NCBI RefSeq assembly: GCF_964355755.1
Contig: NC_092677.1
Coordinates: 1,448,101 to 1,512,100, forward strand
DNA from: Antedon mediterranea
Taxonomy: Eukaryota; Animalia; Echinodermata
Direction: 5' to 3'
DNA: 64,000 bases
Every line of letters begins with the position of its first letter. The first letter of the stretch is position 1. Shown here one piece after another: positions 13,063-25,080 of the stretch. Under the pieces are notes generated by a model. That model ran no database searches and was not told the DNA's origin. It was given only the letters and a program-made list of their open reading frames with translations. The translations under genes were made by a program, and so were the position numbers.

Positions 13063-15384
13063 TACTTGCAGAAATCGCACAGGACTTTTAATGTAGTCCT
13101 GTTGCTTTCAAAAGTCATGTCGCAATCGTTTAATATCTTATATCAATGACACGAACATATTAGGTTGTCAAATGGAGCGACAAAACTCGCAAAGACAAAA
13201 AAACACTTGGAATTACTACTTAAAGCCACAAAACTGTTTGATCTTAACATTAACATACTCCCAGATCAGTAAAATTATTCCATCGACTACCTAAGTTTAA
13301 GGTTCAATATTAACCACCATTTGAGTTGCTTTTTTTAGATACAATCCTAATTGTTTATATCTACCAAGCTATCTTCATTGTTTTCAGCTTGTGCCTTGAT
13401 CCTTTGTTTTTATTTCTTTATTCCAGTCCACTCAGGCAGTGCTTGTTTGCTTCATAATCTCAATTTTGTCTTTTCACTTATAAAGGGCTAGTGGATTTAT
13501 ATTTAATGTTTTTTTAAATTTCTGTTGTTTTAACTCACATAATGTCTAAAAGATCGCAATAATAATGAAGCTTTTGAAATGGATGTAAAATATTCATATT
13601 CTCAATTTTGTAAAAGCACTTCCACTGATATAGTATATTATCCTATTAATTAAATATGACAAGTTGTACAGGTAGTTTCAGTTTTTATTTTCTATTGTTT
13701 TTGTATATTTTTTTTAAAGTAATTGTGTTGCTTAAATCATGGAGGTATAAACATATTTTGATATGCTTAAATGTTGTATGTGTGCCACTGTTAAATATGT
13801 GTTGCTCCAAATAAATATTATTATATTATTATTACAAGGTACAGTATTCATTTCTGAAAATTATATACATAAAAGATGATTTGATCATACAGGAAATTGT
13901 TTGAAGATAGAATTTAAAGTTTAGATTTAACTTGTTTTAAAGATTTAATGTGGCTATACTTTGATATATTATAAACGAATTTAACAAAACTCTTTGAAAT
14001 TTATCATTCTATTGAGCCTATATGCATGGTACGGTCACTGTTACTCTTTATTCATTGATTTAAAATTCAGGTTAGACTTTTTATTAGAAAGAAATAAACA
14101 CACCAGGGTTAAAAGGGTTAAATAATCCATAATTAAGCGATATATCTACACTGTGAGACACAAAATGCTTTCATAAAATTACACATTTATACCTTTGCTT
14201 AATAATAATATTTTATAATAATTCATTTTAACGGTACTACGCCTACATGATGATCATGGGTAGCTAATGGCATGGGGCTCCGACCCTGTATGCCACTTTT
14301 GGAAGTGTTTATATTGATGTTGCAAACAATTTCATTATCAAAATTTATATGTAGAAGACAAAACTGATTAATTAGTGTGCATGATGCATATAAGAAGTAA
14401 TTACTGAAAACTATCATTGTAGTACATTTTTTATAGTATTAGTAGTACTTTATAGTATAAAGGGTGTATAAAGTTGTGCCTTTTCAAGCATGATTTGAGT
14501 GATAGTTGTTTTTGGGGTTGGCAATTATTGCGACAAAATTGTAATGTCCTTGACGTTATTAATGCCTAATTTCCGTGACAGAGATAAACCCTTATATCAA
14601 TAACATATCATTGGGTTTTTTTTTTGATCTAATGTGATATAAAGGGATAATCGCAGAAACAGCACAGAACTCCGAATTCCTAAAAATGCTCTAAACATTA
14701 GTCCCAATCATAGTCGAGCTGACGTGGGTTTGGACTTCCAAATATACACAAACTTAAATTACCACTAAATTTCAAAAACGTTGCGCCGGTTCTGAATATT
14801 ATATCTAATCTGAATGATATAGGCCTAAATGAATAATACTGATACTTGCAGAAACCGCAAAGAACGTTCAATGTATTGCATTCAAAAGACATGTCGCATT
14901 CGTGTAATATCTTATATCAATGACACGAACATATTAGGTTGTCATAAGACAAAAAAAACTTGGAATTACTACTTAAAGCCACAAAACTGTTTGATCTTAA
15001 CATTAACATACTCCCAGATCGGTAAAATTATTCCATCGACTACCTAAGTTTAAGGTTCAATATTAACCACCATTTGAGTTGTTTTTTTTTAGATACAATC
15101 CTAATTGTTTATATCTACCAAGCTATCTTCATTGTTTTCAGCTTGTGCCTTGATCCTTTGTTTTTATTTCTTTATTCCAGTCCACTCAGGCAGTGCTTGT
15201 TTGCTTCATATTCTTAATTTTGTTCTTTCACTTATAAAGGACTAGTGGATTTATATTTAAATGTTTTTTTAATTTTCTATTTTAACTCACATAATGTCTA
15301 AAAGATCGCAATAATAATGAAGCTTTTGAAATGGATGTAAAATATTCATATTCTCAATTTTGTAAAAGCACTTCCACTGATATA
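13063..15384 (+). repeat. Dispersed duplication ~13063-13633 and ~14843-15384, related in reverse orientation to 5160-5420 and 8510-8765
   Basis: Shared ttggaattactacttaaagccac...ttccagtccactcaggcag...gcacttccactgatatag, including a decayed hammerhead-like remnant (cacttataaagg(g/a)ctag). Confidence 0.8.
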
Positions 15385-17031
15385 GGGCTAGTGTTGCCCA
15401 TAATAATAATAATACTAATTTATTTGGAGATTACACTTTTACAACAGTGGCACTCGACCAAATGGAAGGTGCATCCATATATTATCCTAATTAAATACGA
15501 TTTAATGTGGCTTTACTTTTATATATTATAATAATATTTAATAATTATTCATTTTAACGGCACTTTGATAAAACAATGTTATATATCATACTATTGCACC
15601 TTTATTCATGGGGTGACCTACTATATCCTTACACTATTATGGAAAAAAAGAAAAAAAAACAAATAAGAATTGTGAAAGTTAACCCAATGTGACTTGGTTA
15701 CACAATTGAAAAATTCATTATATAATAATATCATGTGCATGCAAAAACAAAATTGTATTATTAAATGTGCATATCATTTATTTGTCCAATATAATTTTAT
15801 ATATTAGTTTAATTTATTTTTCTAACGCCTAGTTTGACAGGCCAACTTTGAAATTGAAATAATCTTTTCGTTCGACACAATATTTCAGAGATACGTGAAC
15901 ATTTGATGATGGTCTATCCGATATGACTTTGTTTTTTTGTACATAAAAAGTGGACAATTTTGGTTTAGATCAATGAATGCTTAAAATTGTTTTTTTTTTT
16001 TGCTATATTTTTCAAGTTGATATCTGGAATACTATCAACGCTTTTATCTTATAATACGCGATATATTCATATTTTTTTTACAAGAAAATAAAGTATTGAT
16101 CACTAGCTTGTTTTTATGTATTTAATAACTATTCTAAGTTCATTTTAAATAGGCGTATGTTTATATTTTAATGATTCATGGTAAACAATTATAAACAGCT
16201 TCAATATTACACAGTAGGTTATTCAAAAGAGACGCACAATTTATACGGACGTGTTTTTAACGACAAAATTGACCAATCAAAATGGAAATAGTCAAAATAC
16301 AATAATTTTATGTTCATTGGCTACCCCACCAACAACCTAAACTTCAAATAATAAAAGATCCCTGTAATACTGTATTTAAAAAAAAGCATATTTGCAACCG
16401 AAATTTCTTATTTTATAAATATAATATAAATTTACAATTATACAAAACAATATACAACTGCTTATAAAAAAGGAATTTAATTCAAGAATTTTAATTTAGT
16501 TAAAATATCAGGATTTCTTACTTCAATTTGATGTTTCCTTTAGAGGCGCTAAACTTTTGAATATATGATTTATTTATTTTTTGGTCATATGTTTTTTATA
16601 TCATGTTATTATGTTATGTGCAAATAAAGTACTTACATAGTTGATATATATATATATATATATTATGCAGTGTAGCATAGGTGAAATTACGGGAGCCCAA
16701 TATGAATTAGTTTGAAATGGTAAAAATTATTTTACTACAGTATAAGTAGATTAAAATATATAAGTTAATCTATGAAAATGATTATATATTACTGGCAGAT
16801 TTTATCGATCTCTATCGTGTAAATAATACTCGTTATCGATATGAAATACGATTTGCACTTGAGTTTTTCTTCCTGCTGATCTGTAGCTTTAGTATAAACA
16901 ATGTGAACAATGCCCAAACAGGGAGTTGACTAATAACTCCCTGGCCCAAATAAAAGATCGTAACAGTGTGAAAGTGCGTCACTCGTCGCCCAACATTGTT
17001 TGTGATCACTTCGTTATCGCATTTGATAAAA

Positions 17032-20000
17032 ATGGACTGGAGGTTTTGTGTAGAGGAAGACAACATTGCTTATCTAATAATTAATAACACTAGGGCAATA
17101 AAGCATTCTGATGGTGAACAGTTAGGAAAGGTTATAAAATTTACCAAAACAACTAAAGGCAAAAACTGGCTTAAGGTAAGATTGTTGTGTTCTTCTAAAT
17201 AATATAATTTTCTTTTAATGTTTTTAGGGAACCATTCTTCACCAGTCTTATTACTTTATAAAGATTTTTTATTTTCCATTTTGCAGTTTTAAAAAGTGTT
17301 TCAAGCCACGCAATTATTAGTTTTATTAGTATTTTCCCAGGGGCACAATCTTCAGCTGTTTAATAGGCCTATTATATTTGGATTTTATAGGCTTTCTGAT
17401 TATAATATATATTATGATTTATTCGATTATTTATTTCATCTAATTAATTGAAATGTTGTTTCAGGCCTAAAACTAAATTGTAATATATCTTTACTATAGG
17501 ACCATTGATACTAATTTTGTTGACCATTTTTTTAACATTAAAGTTTTATATATGTTTTAAAAAATGCATTTTCATCAAGAGCACCAACACTGAATATTAG
17601 GGTGTAGTGTGTAGACTTAACAACTATATAAATTTCTATGTTTAGTTATTTATTTAATTAAAAACAAATTTGCAATACTATAGATTGTTACAGAAGAAAG
17701 CGACTGTAGTAGTACGCTTGCTGCAACCAAAGTATTGTGGAGCAAATTCAAACCGGACGAAAATTGCCCATTTTGCAAATGCAAGACAATTGACGACCTT
17801 ACCAAAACATTGCAAACATTACGAAAGCGAAAAGCTCAAGATGCTGAAAACGTAACTACAAAGAGAACAAGAATTAACATAAAGACAATCGACGAAACAA
17901 TCAAAGAAAAGATCATTGGTTAGTATATGAAACATTTGTTATTGAAGTTACATACTGTACCATGCCCCATGGACAAGCATAATTATTATCTGCTTTTGTT
18001 TTACTGTAGTTTACAATTAAACAAACGTTACTGTTTTATATTTTTTCAAATGTTTTGTTGAATATGTCACATAATAGTTATTCACTTTGATCTTGGATAA
18101 CAAAAAATGTAATTTTAAACATAACTCACAATAACTATAGGCCTAACCATGATTAGATTTAATGTATCTACAATTCGTTACGTTAAATTAGTATAATCTG
18201 GCTAGATAAGTAATTATATACGTACTAGGCCTATTAAAATATAAAGCGGATGAACACATTTTTCGAAGATGAACGAACTAAAGATATTTTGAACACAGGT
18301 TTTAACTTCTTATAGTTACTCTATTTTCTATTTGTTTTATTGTTATTTAAGTTTCAAACAGTTATTATAAAACGCATAAATAGATTCCGGTCATTCGATT
18401 GGACAATTTTCTTTCACATGACTACTACTAGCCTTGCAAACCCAGACCTAGCCCGGATGCTAACATACACTAGGCCTAACCTTCCTAGATATTGTGCAAA
18501 ATACCTATATAAATTCAAAATTAACTAAAATATAAAAAATAACATGTGCAGGGTGATCTCCATGCACTCAAGCAGGCAGGGGGTGATGATGTCCTGACAC
18601 TACCTAGGCCTAGACTAAACGGCCTATACTGTATGGCAACGTTAAATTTTTAGGATATATATTGTTATTTAAAAAATAAAACTAATATTAAAATATAATG
18701 TCAATCATTTTTTGTAATTCATATAATTTAATAATGTATCCTTTTTCTGAAAATGTCCAACTTTGTATGTAAAACAATTTTTTAAAATGTTTTTTACTGA
18801 TGTCGCAACTTGTGGAATTCCCCATTTTAGTAAAAAATAAAATTGGTTTATTAAATATGAAAATCCTATCATAATAATAATACAATGACATATTTATATT
18901 AAGTTGTTTCATATTAGAATTGTGAAATACAGGTAAATGATTTCACTAAATTGTAGTAGTAGGCTGACATTATTAGTCACCGACACCCAGATTAGCCAGG
19001 ACATAAGATTACTACGATGCTTGATCTAAATCCTGGGGAGAATACTTCCTTGTTGTATAATCATAAGATGTAATATTTAACAAACTGTCATTTTACGTTT
19101 ATAGGTCTAGTTGCTGTGCCAAGAAGTTCGATAGTAGCGCCGCCATCGGACTTACTACTTCGCAAGATCGACCAAGATTTTGTTAAAAAAATTCAAGAAA
19201 CGCTTACAAAGGACGGTCTGGTGAACACGATACTACCTGTATTGCTTAATAAAGAACATTACGATTTCTTTAACAAACAAGAATACGAGAAGTGTATTTT
19301 TTATTCACTTGGCGGAAATCATTTAAGAACAGCACTATCAACAATGAGTGAGAATATATTTAAACAATTAGAAGTGGCAGTCTATTTTGATCTAACAAAA
19401 ACTGAATCACTACGTGTGGCATCTCGACATAATTTCGTCACAGGTAATACTCACCAAGCAACTTTTGAAGACAACGTTGCAGTATGCCGTAACATTTTGC
19501 AAGATTACAATGACAAAGATGCCAAAACGACTTCGACATGGAGGAGAAAGTGTGCAGAGGCAATTGGCAAACAATCGTTCGAAAAAAAGGTATTATTAAT
19601 ATTATTTAAACAAGTTATTTAGGACTCTAATATATAAAGTTGTAATTAATAATGTAATGGTGATATAATTAATAATAATGTTGTAATTAATAATAATATA
19701 TAATAAATAAGGATATTAACAATAATAAAAAGATAATAACGATAATAACACATAAGGATAGTAATAATAAATAATAACGTTGTATTGCAGATAATATCGT
19801 CCATGGAACCGATGTTCCAAGTATCATTGTATACGGACCGATGCTACACAAAGGTTACCAAGCTGTTTGCCAAGTATAATGCAGGAACGGTAAAGGATTC
19901 AAAACCCGGAAAGCAATTGAAGCAGTCGGTAGGTTTCTTACATTTATTTTCTGTCACATTTATTCTCTCAATAAATAGCAATTACTGGTGTATGCTTTTT

Positions 20001-23000
20001 TTTTGGCAAAAACAAACAAGCAAGAAACACAATCAGTTAATTATTAGTCTCAGTCACTTGCGGTAGAAACAACGCGTCTTCATTCAAAGGGTTAATAACT
20101 TTGTAAAAAACAATCTATTATTTATTAATTCATTTATTTTATACAGTTGTCAACCAACAGCGATGAAACCGCCACTAACAGGTTAAATCTAAACATAACA
20201 AACTATAAAAATGTATTCAAATTAGGCCTAATTTATTATAAAAAAAACCATTTTAAAATAGGCCTGTTTTTTCTAAAGGGGGGGGGGGGGAGTGTGATTA
20301 ACTTTGTTAAAACTAAAAAATAGCCTATTCAAAAATGATATGACGTGCATTAACAATTGTTTTGTTTTCTTCAATTGTTATCCACACGAGAGAAATGTTT
20401 ATACTGAACCTCTTGAACCCTTATTGGAACGCTTTATTATTTGTTATCACATGGAGTAAATGGTTATCAGTATTGTGACTAAACATTTTTTTACAATTCT
20501 ATAGTTCTTCATGACACTACAAGGCCTGTCGGAAGAAGACAAGTTTGAATTGCTGTCATCTGTAACAGACGGAACAATGTCCATTAAAGAGGTTGAAAAT
20601 AAAGCACGGTCGATTAAGCAGATAAAGGTGATCAGAGGAAAATTTTTGACAACTATTAAAGTACTGACATGGAAGGAAGCGACCGAAAGATTTCCGGAGC
20701 ACACGACCGATTCTGCTCTTCGGCCTTTTTTAACAACAAGTAAGGTTACTATGTTACTAATAGAATTCAGTCGCTGTATTTGTGCTATATTTCTAAAACC
20801 AAGTCCCACTCTGTCAGATTTTAAAAATTCGTACAAAATTGAAACAATTTAATAGTATGCAGTTCGATGCAAAGGTACTTTATTCACACAAAACTACTAT
20901 CCCTTATAGAAATTAAAATATTGAATAAATAATAATAAAAACATTTTAATACATTTCTTTTAAAAGGGAAGTTATCTAAAAGCGAAATTCCACCAGGTTT
21001 ATTCATGCATTGTCAAGATGCTCTGTTTTGGGAGGAACAAAGGCAAAGTCAGCCTCAAGCGTCAACAGTTGATATTTTAACAGAAGATGGAACAAGATCA
21101 AAGTGTCAAGTTATGTCTGGGCCGTTTATTGGCAGAAAATTGACAGATATTGCCAATTCCAGTAATATGGGGTTACATCGTGGCCTGCTCGTACTGACAG
21201 AGGTTTGATATATTTTAAATATTTTATATTGTTTTGTATATTTGTAATTCATTCTATAGTGAGGGGTTTTCAAATTTGAAACTAAATTGTTTTTTTACGG
21301 CCTATCAATGTGGCTTTACTAAGAAAGATTTTAATAGATTTATATAAACAACAGAACAAATATTCAAACTGTTTTTAGAGATTAATATATATCCATTCTA
21401 ACTGACCCCCCGAAGCCTGACACATGCAATTTTTGCATAACACAGTAACATTGAGACTGCACTGGTTTTGTTACTGGTTTTGTTACTGTTGTTATTCTTA
21501 TTATATTATTTTTTCTATGCTTTTTTTTTTGTAGAAATGTGAAAAAGAAATGCTGATTTCTGATGTCATCGTAGTTGTTTGCAATGACGAGGACCTGCTA
21601 TATAATATGACTATTTTAAAAGACAATGATAGAGTCATGCAAGTACAGTATTGGTACTGCGAAGAACAAGGTATACCCAGTTTGTTATTGTATTTACAAA
21701 TATAGTTCAGTCATTTTTATTCAATTATAAATATAGGTCAATCATTGATTGGCAGTATACTAAAAAATGTTCACCAATTTGCAATACTAACTGCTTTTTG
21801 GTATGAGGTGGATGGTGAGGTAATGGGGTTATTTCTTCTTGTTTCTAATAATATTTTAAAAGACAATGATAGAGTCATGCAAGTACAGTATTGGTACTGC
21901 GAAGAACAAGGTATACCCAGTTTGTTATTGTATTTACAAATATAGTTCAGTCATTTTTATTCAATTATAAATATAGGTCAATCATTGATTGGCAGTCTAC
22001 TAAAAAATGTTCACCAATTTGCAATACTAACTGCTTTTTGGTATGAGGTGGATGGTGAGGTAATGGGGTTATTTCTTCTTGTTTGTAATAAAAGAAAAAA
22101 AAAGAAATGTACCATTGATATTATTATTATTATATTCAAATATACAGGAAAGTTAATGTAAGTATGTAGGCCTACAGTTTAATGATGATTCATATTTTTT
22201 TTAGACACCATTCGCACGTTATTAGTAAGCCCTCAACACGAACGCATGATGAATGGAATTGGTGGCGTCATTAAGGCTAAGTCACTAGAACTGCTAATTA
22301 AGCAACTAGTGACAAGGCATAGCAGAGAAGGTCACTTAGTTGTAAATTGCCTAGGATGGAATGGTAAATAATACATTTATACCATAACTCATAATAATCA
22401 TTCATTGATGTTAACCAAAAACATACCGCGTGACAATTGGGCATGTCGCTAAAATCCAATCAAATGGGAAAAATTCTTGTTCTTTGAGTCATTACTATTG
22501 TCGTTTGTACAAACGACATTAATGAACTAACAAAATAATTTAATATTCAATTGAAATCTATTTTATTGTTATTATAATTACAGTGTTCAAGGAAATAATT
22601 TTGCAACGGCGCAATTGTATAACCTTGCTCGAGAATGATGGGGAATCTGAATTAAGATCCAGATTAGTTCGTTTCAAAGAAGAAATTGAAAACAGCATTC
22701 AGCTTGAAAATGGAGCCCAATCGGATGGTAAGTTTAAGTTAAATTAACTTTATTGTTTATCTATTGTCATGGATGCTAATACGAAGAACAATATACAAGC
22801 GATATTTTATACATTCAAGTCGCAATACAATGCTGATGATTTGATGTTTGTAGTGCAATATACTGCTACTTTTTGTTCAGGAATTTTAAAACGGCATATT
22901 AAGCTGTATTCTCATAACTTGGACGGCATACTATGCTATCTGTATTGTAAACTTGTATAAACACAGCCCATGCATTTAATTTTTAATCAATATTCAAAAT

Positions 23001-23246
23001 ACCCATAATCAAGTTCTGACCCAATTTGAAACATATAGTAATACAAATTTAAAAAAAAAGATTCTCTATTTTAAAATTTTGTTTACACAGAGCTTCTAAA
23101 AAAATTATACAACTATTTAGAGGTCTATTAAATAATAGGGCCTTGGTTTATTTATCATTTCAGATGAGGACGACAGTACAGATGAGGAGGTTGAAGATAA
23201 TGCGGAGATGGCAAATGAGGAGGACGACTACACATTTCCGGGGTGA
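17032..23246 (+). CDS. 10-exon gene, 664 aa: ParB/Srx-like (GGNH) domain, C-terminal degenerate N6/N4-methyltransferase-like region and acidic tail
   Basis: Exons 17032-17175, 17684-17918, 19105-19589, 19791-19928, 20505-20739, 20967-21202, 21535-21670, 22205-22363, 22584-22727 and 23164-23246 total 1995 nt. All introns are GT-AG with matching phases (0,1,0,0,1,0,1,1,1) and there is no internal stop. Exon 3 reads LRKIDQDFVKKIQETL..ILPVLL..YSLGGNHLRTAL..AVYFDL..LRVASRHN. Domain calls are by eye. Confidence 0.8.
21613..22089 (+). repeat. 240-bp tandem duplication copying the 3' part of exon 7 and its donor
   Basis: attttaaaagacaatgatagag...ggggttatttcttcttgttt repeats with a 240-bp offset. The second copy lacks the exon acceptor. 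Confidence 0.9.
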
Positions 23247-23379
23247 AAATAGCATTCATGATACTGGACACATGCCTTGCAGTCACATTTTATATAACTT
23301 TTCAAATTAATTTATTAAATTTATTCTGTGCCTTGTGATGTTTATATATATACTGTATATACAATTGAGAGACTAGTAC

Positions 23380-23465
23380 TGTTCCGCCGTACTACGACAG
23401 TGGTCTAATGGTCATCTGCATATCAAGCAGAATGTTCCGGGTTCGGATCTTGGATTGGGCATTCT
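23380..23465 (+). mobile_element. Possible degenerate tRNA-derived SINE head
   Basis: A-box-like TGGTCTAATGG and B-box-like GGTTCGGATC at Pol III spacing; no complete cloverleaf. Confidence 0.35.
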
Positions 23466-23829
23466 CACTGATTTCCTCATCTTTATCGTTTAAAATTAAA
23501 TAATTAAATTTCACTGGGCGGTTTAGAATTATTCTGTGCCTGTGAAATGTATATATCTTTTAAATATTTTCTACTAAAATCACGTATAAATAGTTAGTAA
23601 TGCATACAATACTTATTTTACTAGAAGCCGAGTTTAATTCATTCTAAATTAATAACCAGTGTTAGTGAATAAATAGTTAAAATTTATCAGTTCTTTAATT
23701 CTTTGATGTACGGCTGAGAAAAAACACCTTATGAGTGTATTCATGTTTTGTCATTAATAAAAAGCTTGTATAGCACACTAAAACTTTGTCTACTAATTAT
23801 TTTTACAGAGAAATTCTTGTATTTCTGAA

Positions 23830-24213
23830 GTCATAAATTTTATGACCTAATGGCAGCTTCACAATCATGTCATAAATATTATGACTTATGTGAAAATAGT
23901 CAATACCTTGAAGCCCGGAAATCACAGCCTCATGTACTATAACCAGCGTATTCCGAGACATAACATGTAGTTTTAAATTGTCATAAATTTTATGACCTAA
24001 TGACTGCTAAATTAATGTCATAAATATTATGACTTATGTGAAAATAGTCAATACTGTACCAGGAAGCCCCAAAATTAGTGCTTCCTGTACTATACACTAT
24101 AACTAGCGTATTCCGAGACTTAACATGTACCTTTAAATTGTCATAAATGTTATGACCTAATGACTGCTAAATTAATGTCATAAATATTATGACTTATGTG
24201 AAAATAGTCAATA
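23830..24213. repeat. Three ~150-160-bp units, each carrying two 17-bp palindromes GTCATAA-ATN-TTATGAC
   Basis: Palindromes start at 23830, 23869, 23980, 24017, 24140 and 24177. Confidence 0.9.
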
Positions 24214-25080
24214 GGCAGCTACCATGTCGCTCGAATAATACACGCTGTTATCTGCTGTATATAGCCCATCACTTTATAACTTTTTTGTTGAATCTAATAT
24301 ATTATTACCGAGTATAAGGTGGTTAGGAGCTAATAATACTAAGCTTTAGAGCTGAGTGGAAATGGGCCGCTACTACTGGTAATTACACCAAAGTGTTTTG
24401 TGTATGATAATCGAAGTGCAGCTAGCTCTGCCAACAAATGCATGGATTAATACATTCATTTATAAAAATAGTTTTTAACACTCAGCTAGCTTTTAACTCA
24501 TTATCATAAATGAAAACAAAAAAGAATTGCCCTTTTCAACTACAAATAAAAACATATCATCCAAACTAATAAACAGAAAAAAGAAACAATTATTCAATCA
24601 ATATTATAGTTTATCGTTAAAGTAAGTTGATATATTTATGTTTTATTATACATTGTATTAAACTAGTTAATGTCGATGTATACATTTATATAAAACAAGG
24701 TTTTGTTTATTAATTTCTCAGCGTTACTAAAATCAAAATATAAAACAAAACAAATTATACGGCAAGTTTATGCAAATAAAAATAATTATAAGAGGAAATG
24801 TTCGTTATCGCTAAATTGTAGTATTTTGATAATATTGAAATCGATAAAAATCAAAATATGCATATTTTACGATTTTGTATACATTTTAGCTATGAATGGC
24901 CAAAATTAAAGTAAAGGTCGATTTTGTTGAATCTACACAGACGTATAATGTTTGTACTGAAAATAAAACGTGTTATTATTGCATTGATATATAATGACCA
25001 TTATACCAGCATAAGAAGGAAAATAAACTAGACAAGTATTCTTTACCAATCAATTTTGGTTATTTAATTAGGAATATGTC

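Noticed and set aside
20147-22157. Extra small exons in the ParB-like gene (20147-20181, 22148-22157)
   Set aside because: Their lengths are not multiples of three and would break the otherwise consistent frame.
23380-23465. Functional tRNA gene
   Set aside because: A/B-box-like motifs are present, but there is no acceptor-stem or anticodon-arm pairing.
23830-24213. CRISPR-like palindromic repeats
   Set aside because: The spacers are themselves repeated with a two-palindrome period, the context is eukaryotic, and there are no cas genes.
15605-24226. Terminal inverted repeats enclosing the ParB-like gene (CATGGGGTGACCTA vs TAGGCAGCTACCATG)
   Set aside because: The match is short and imperfect with no TSD, which is insufficient to define an element.
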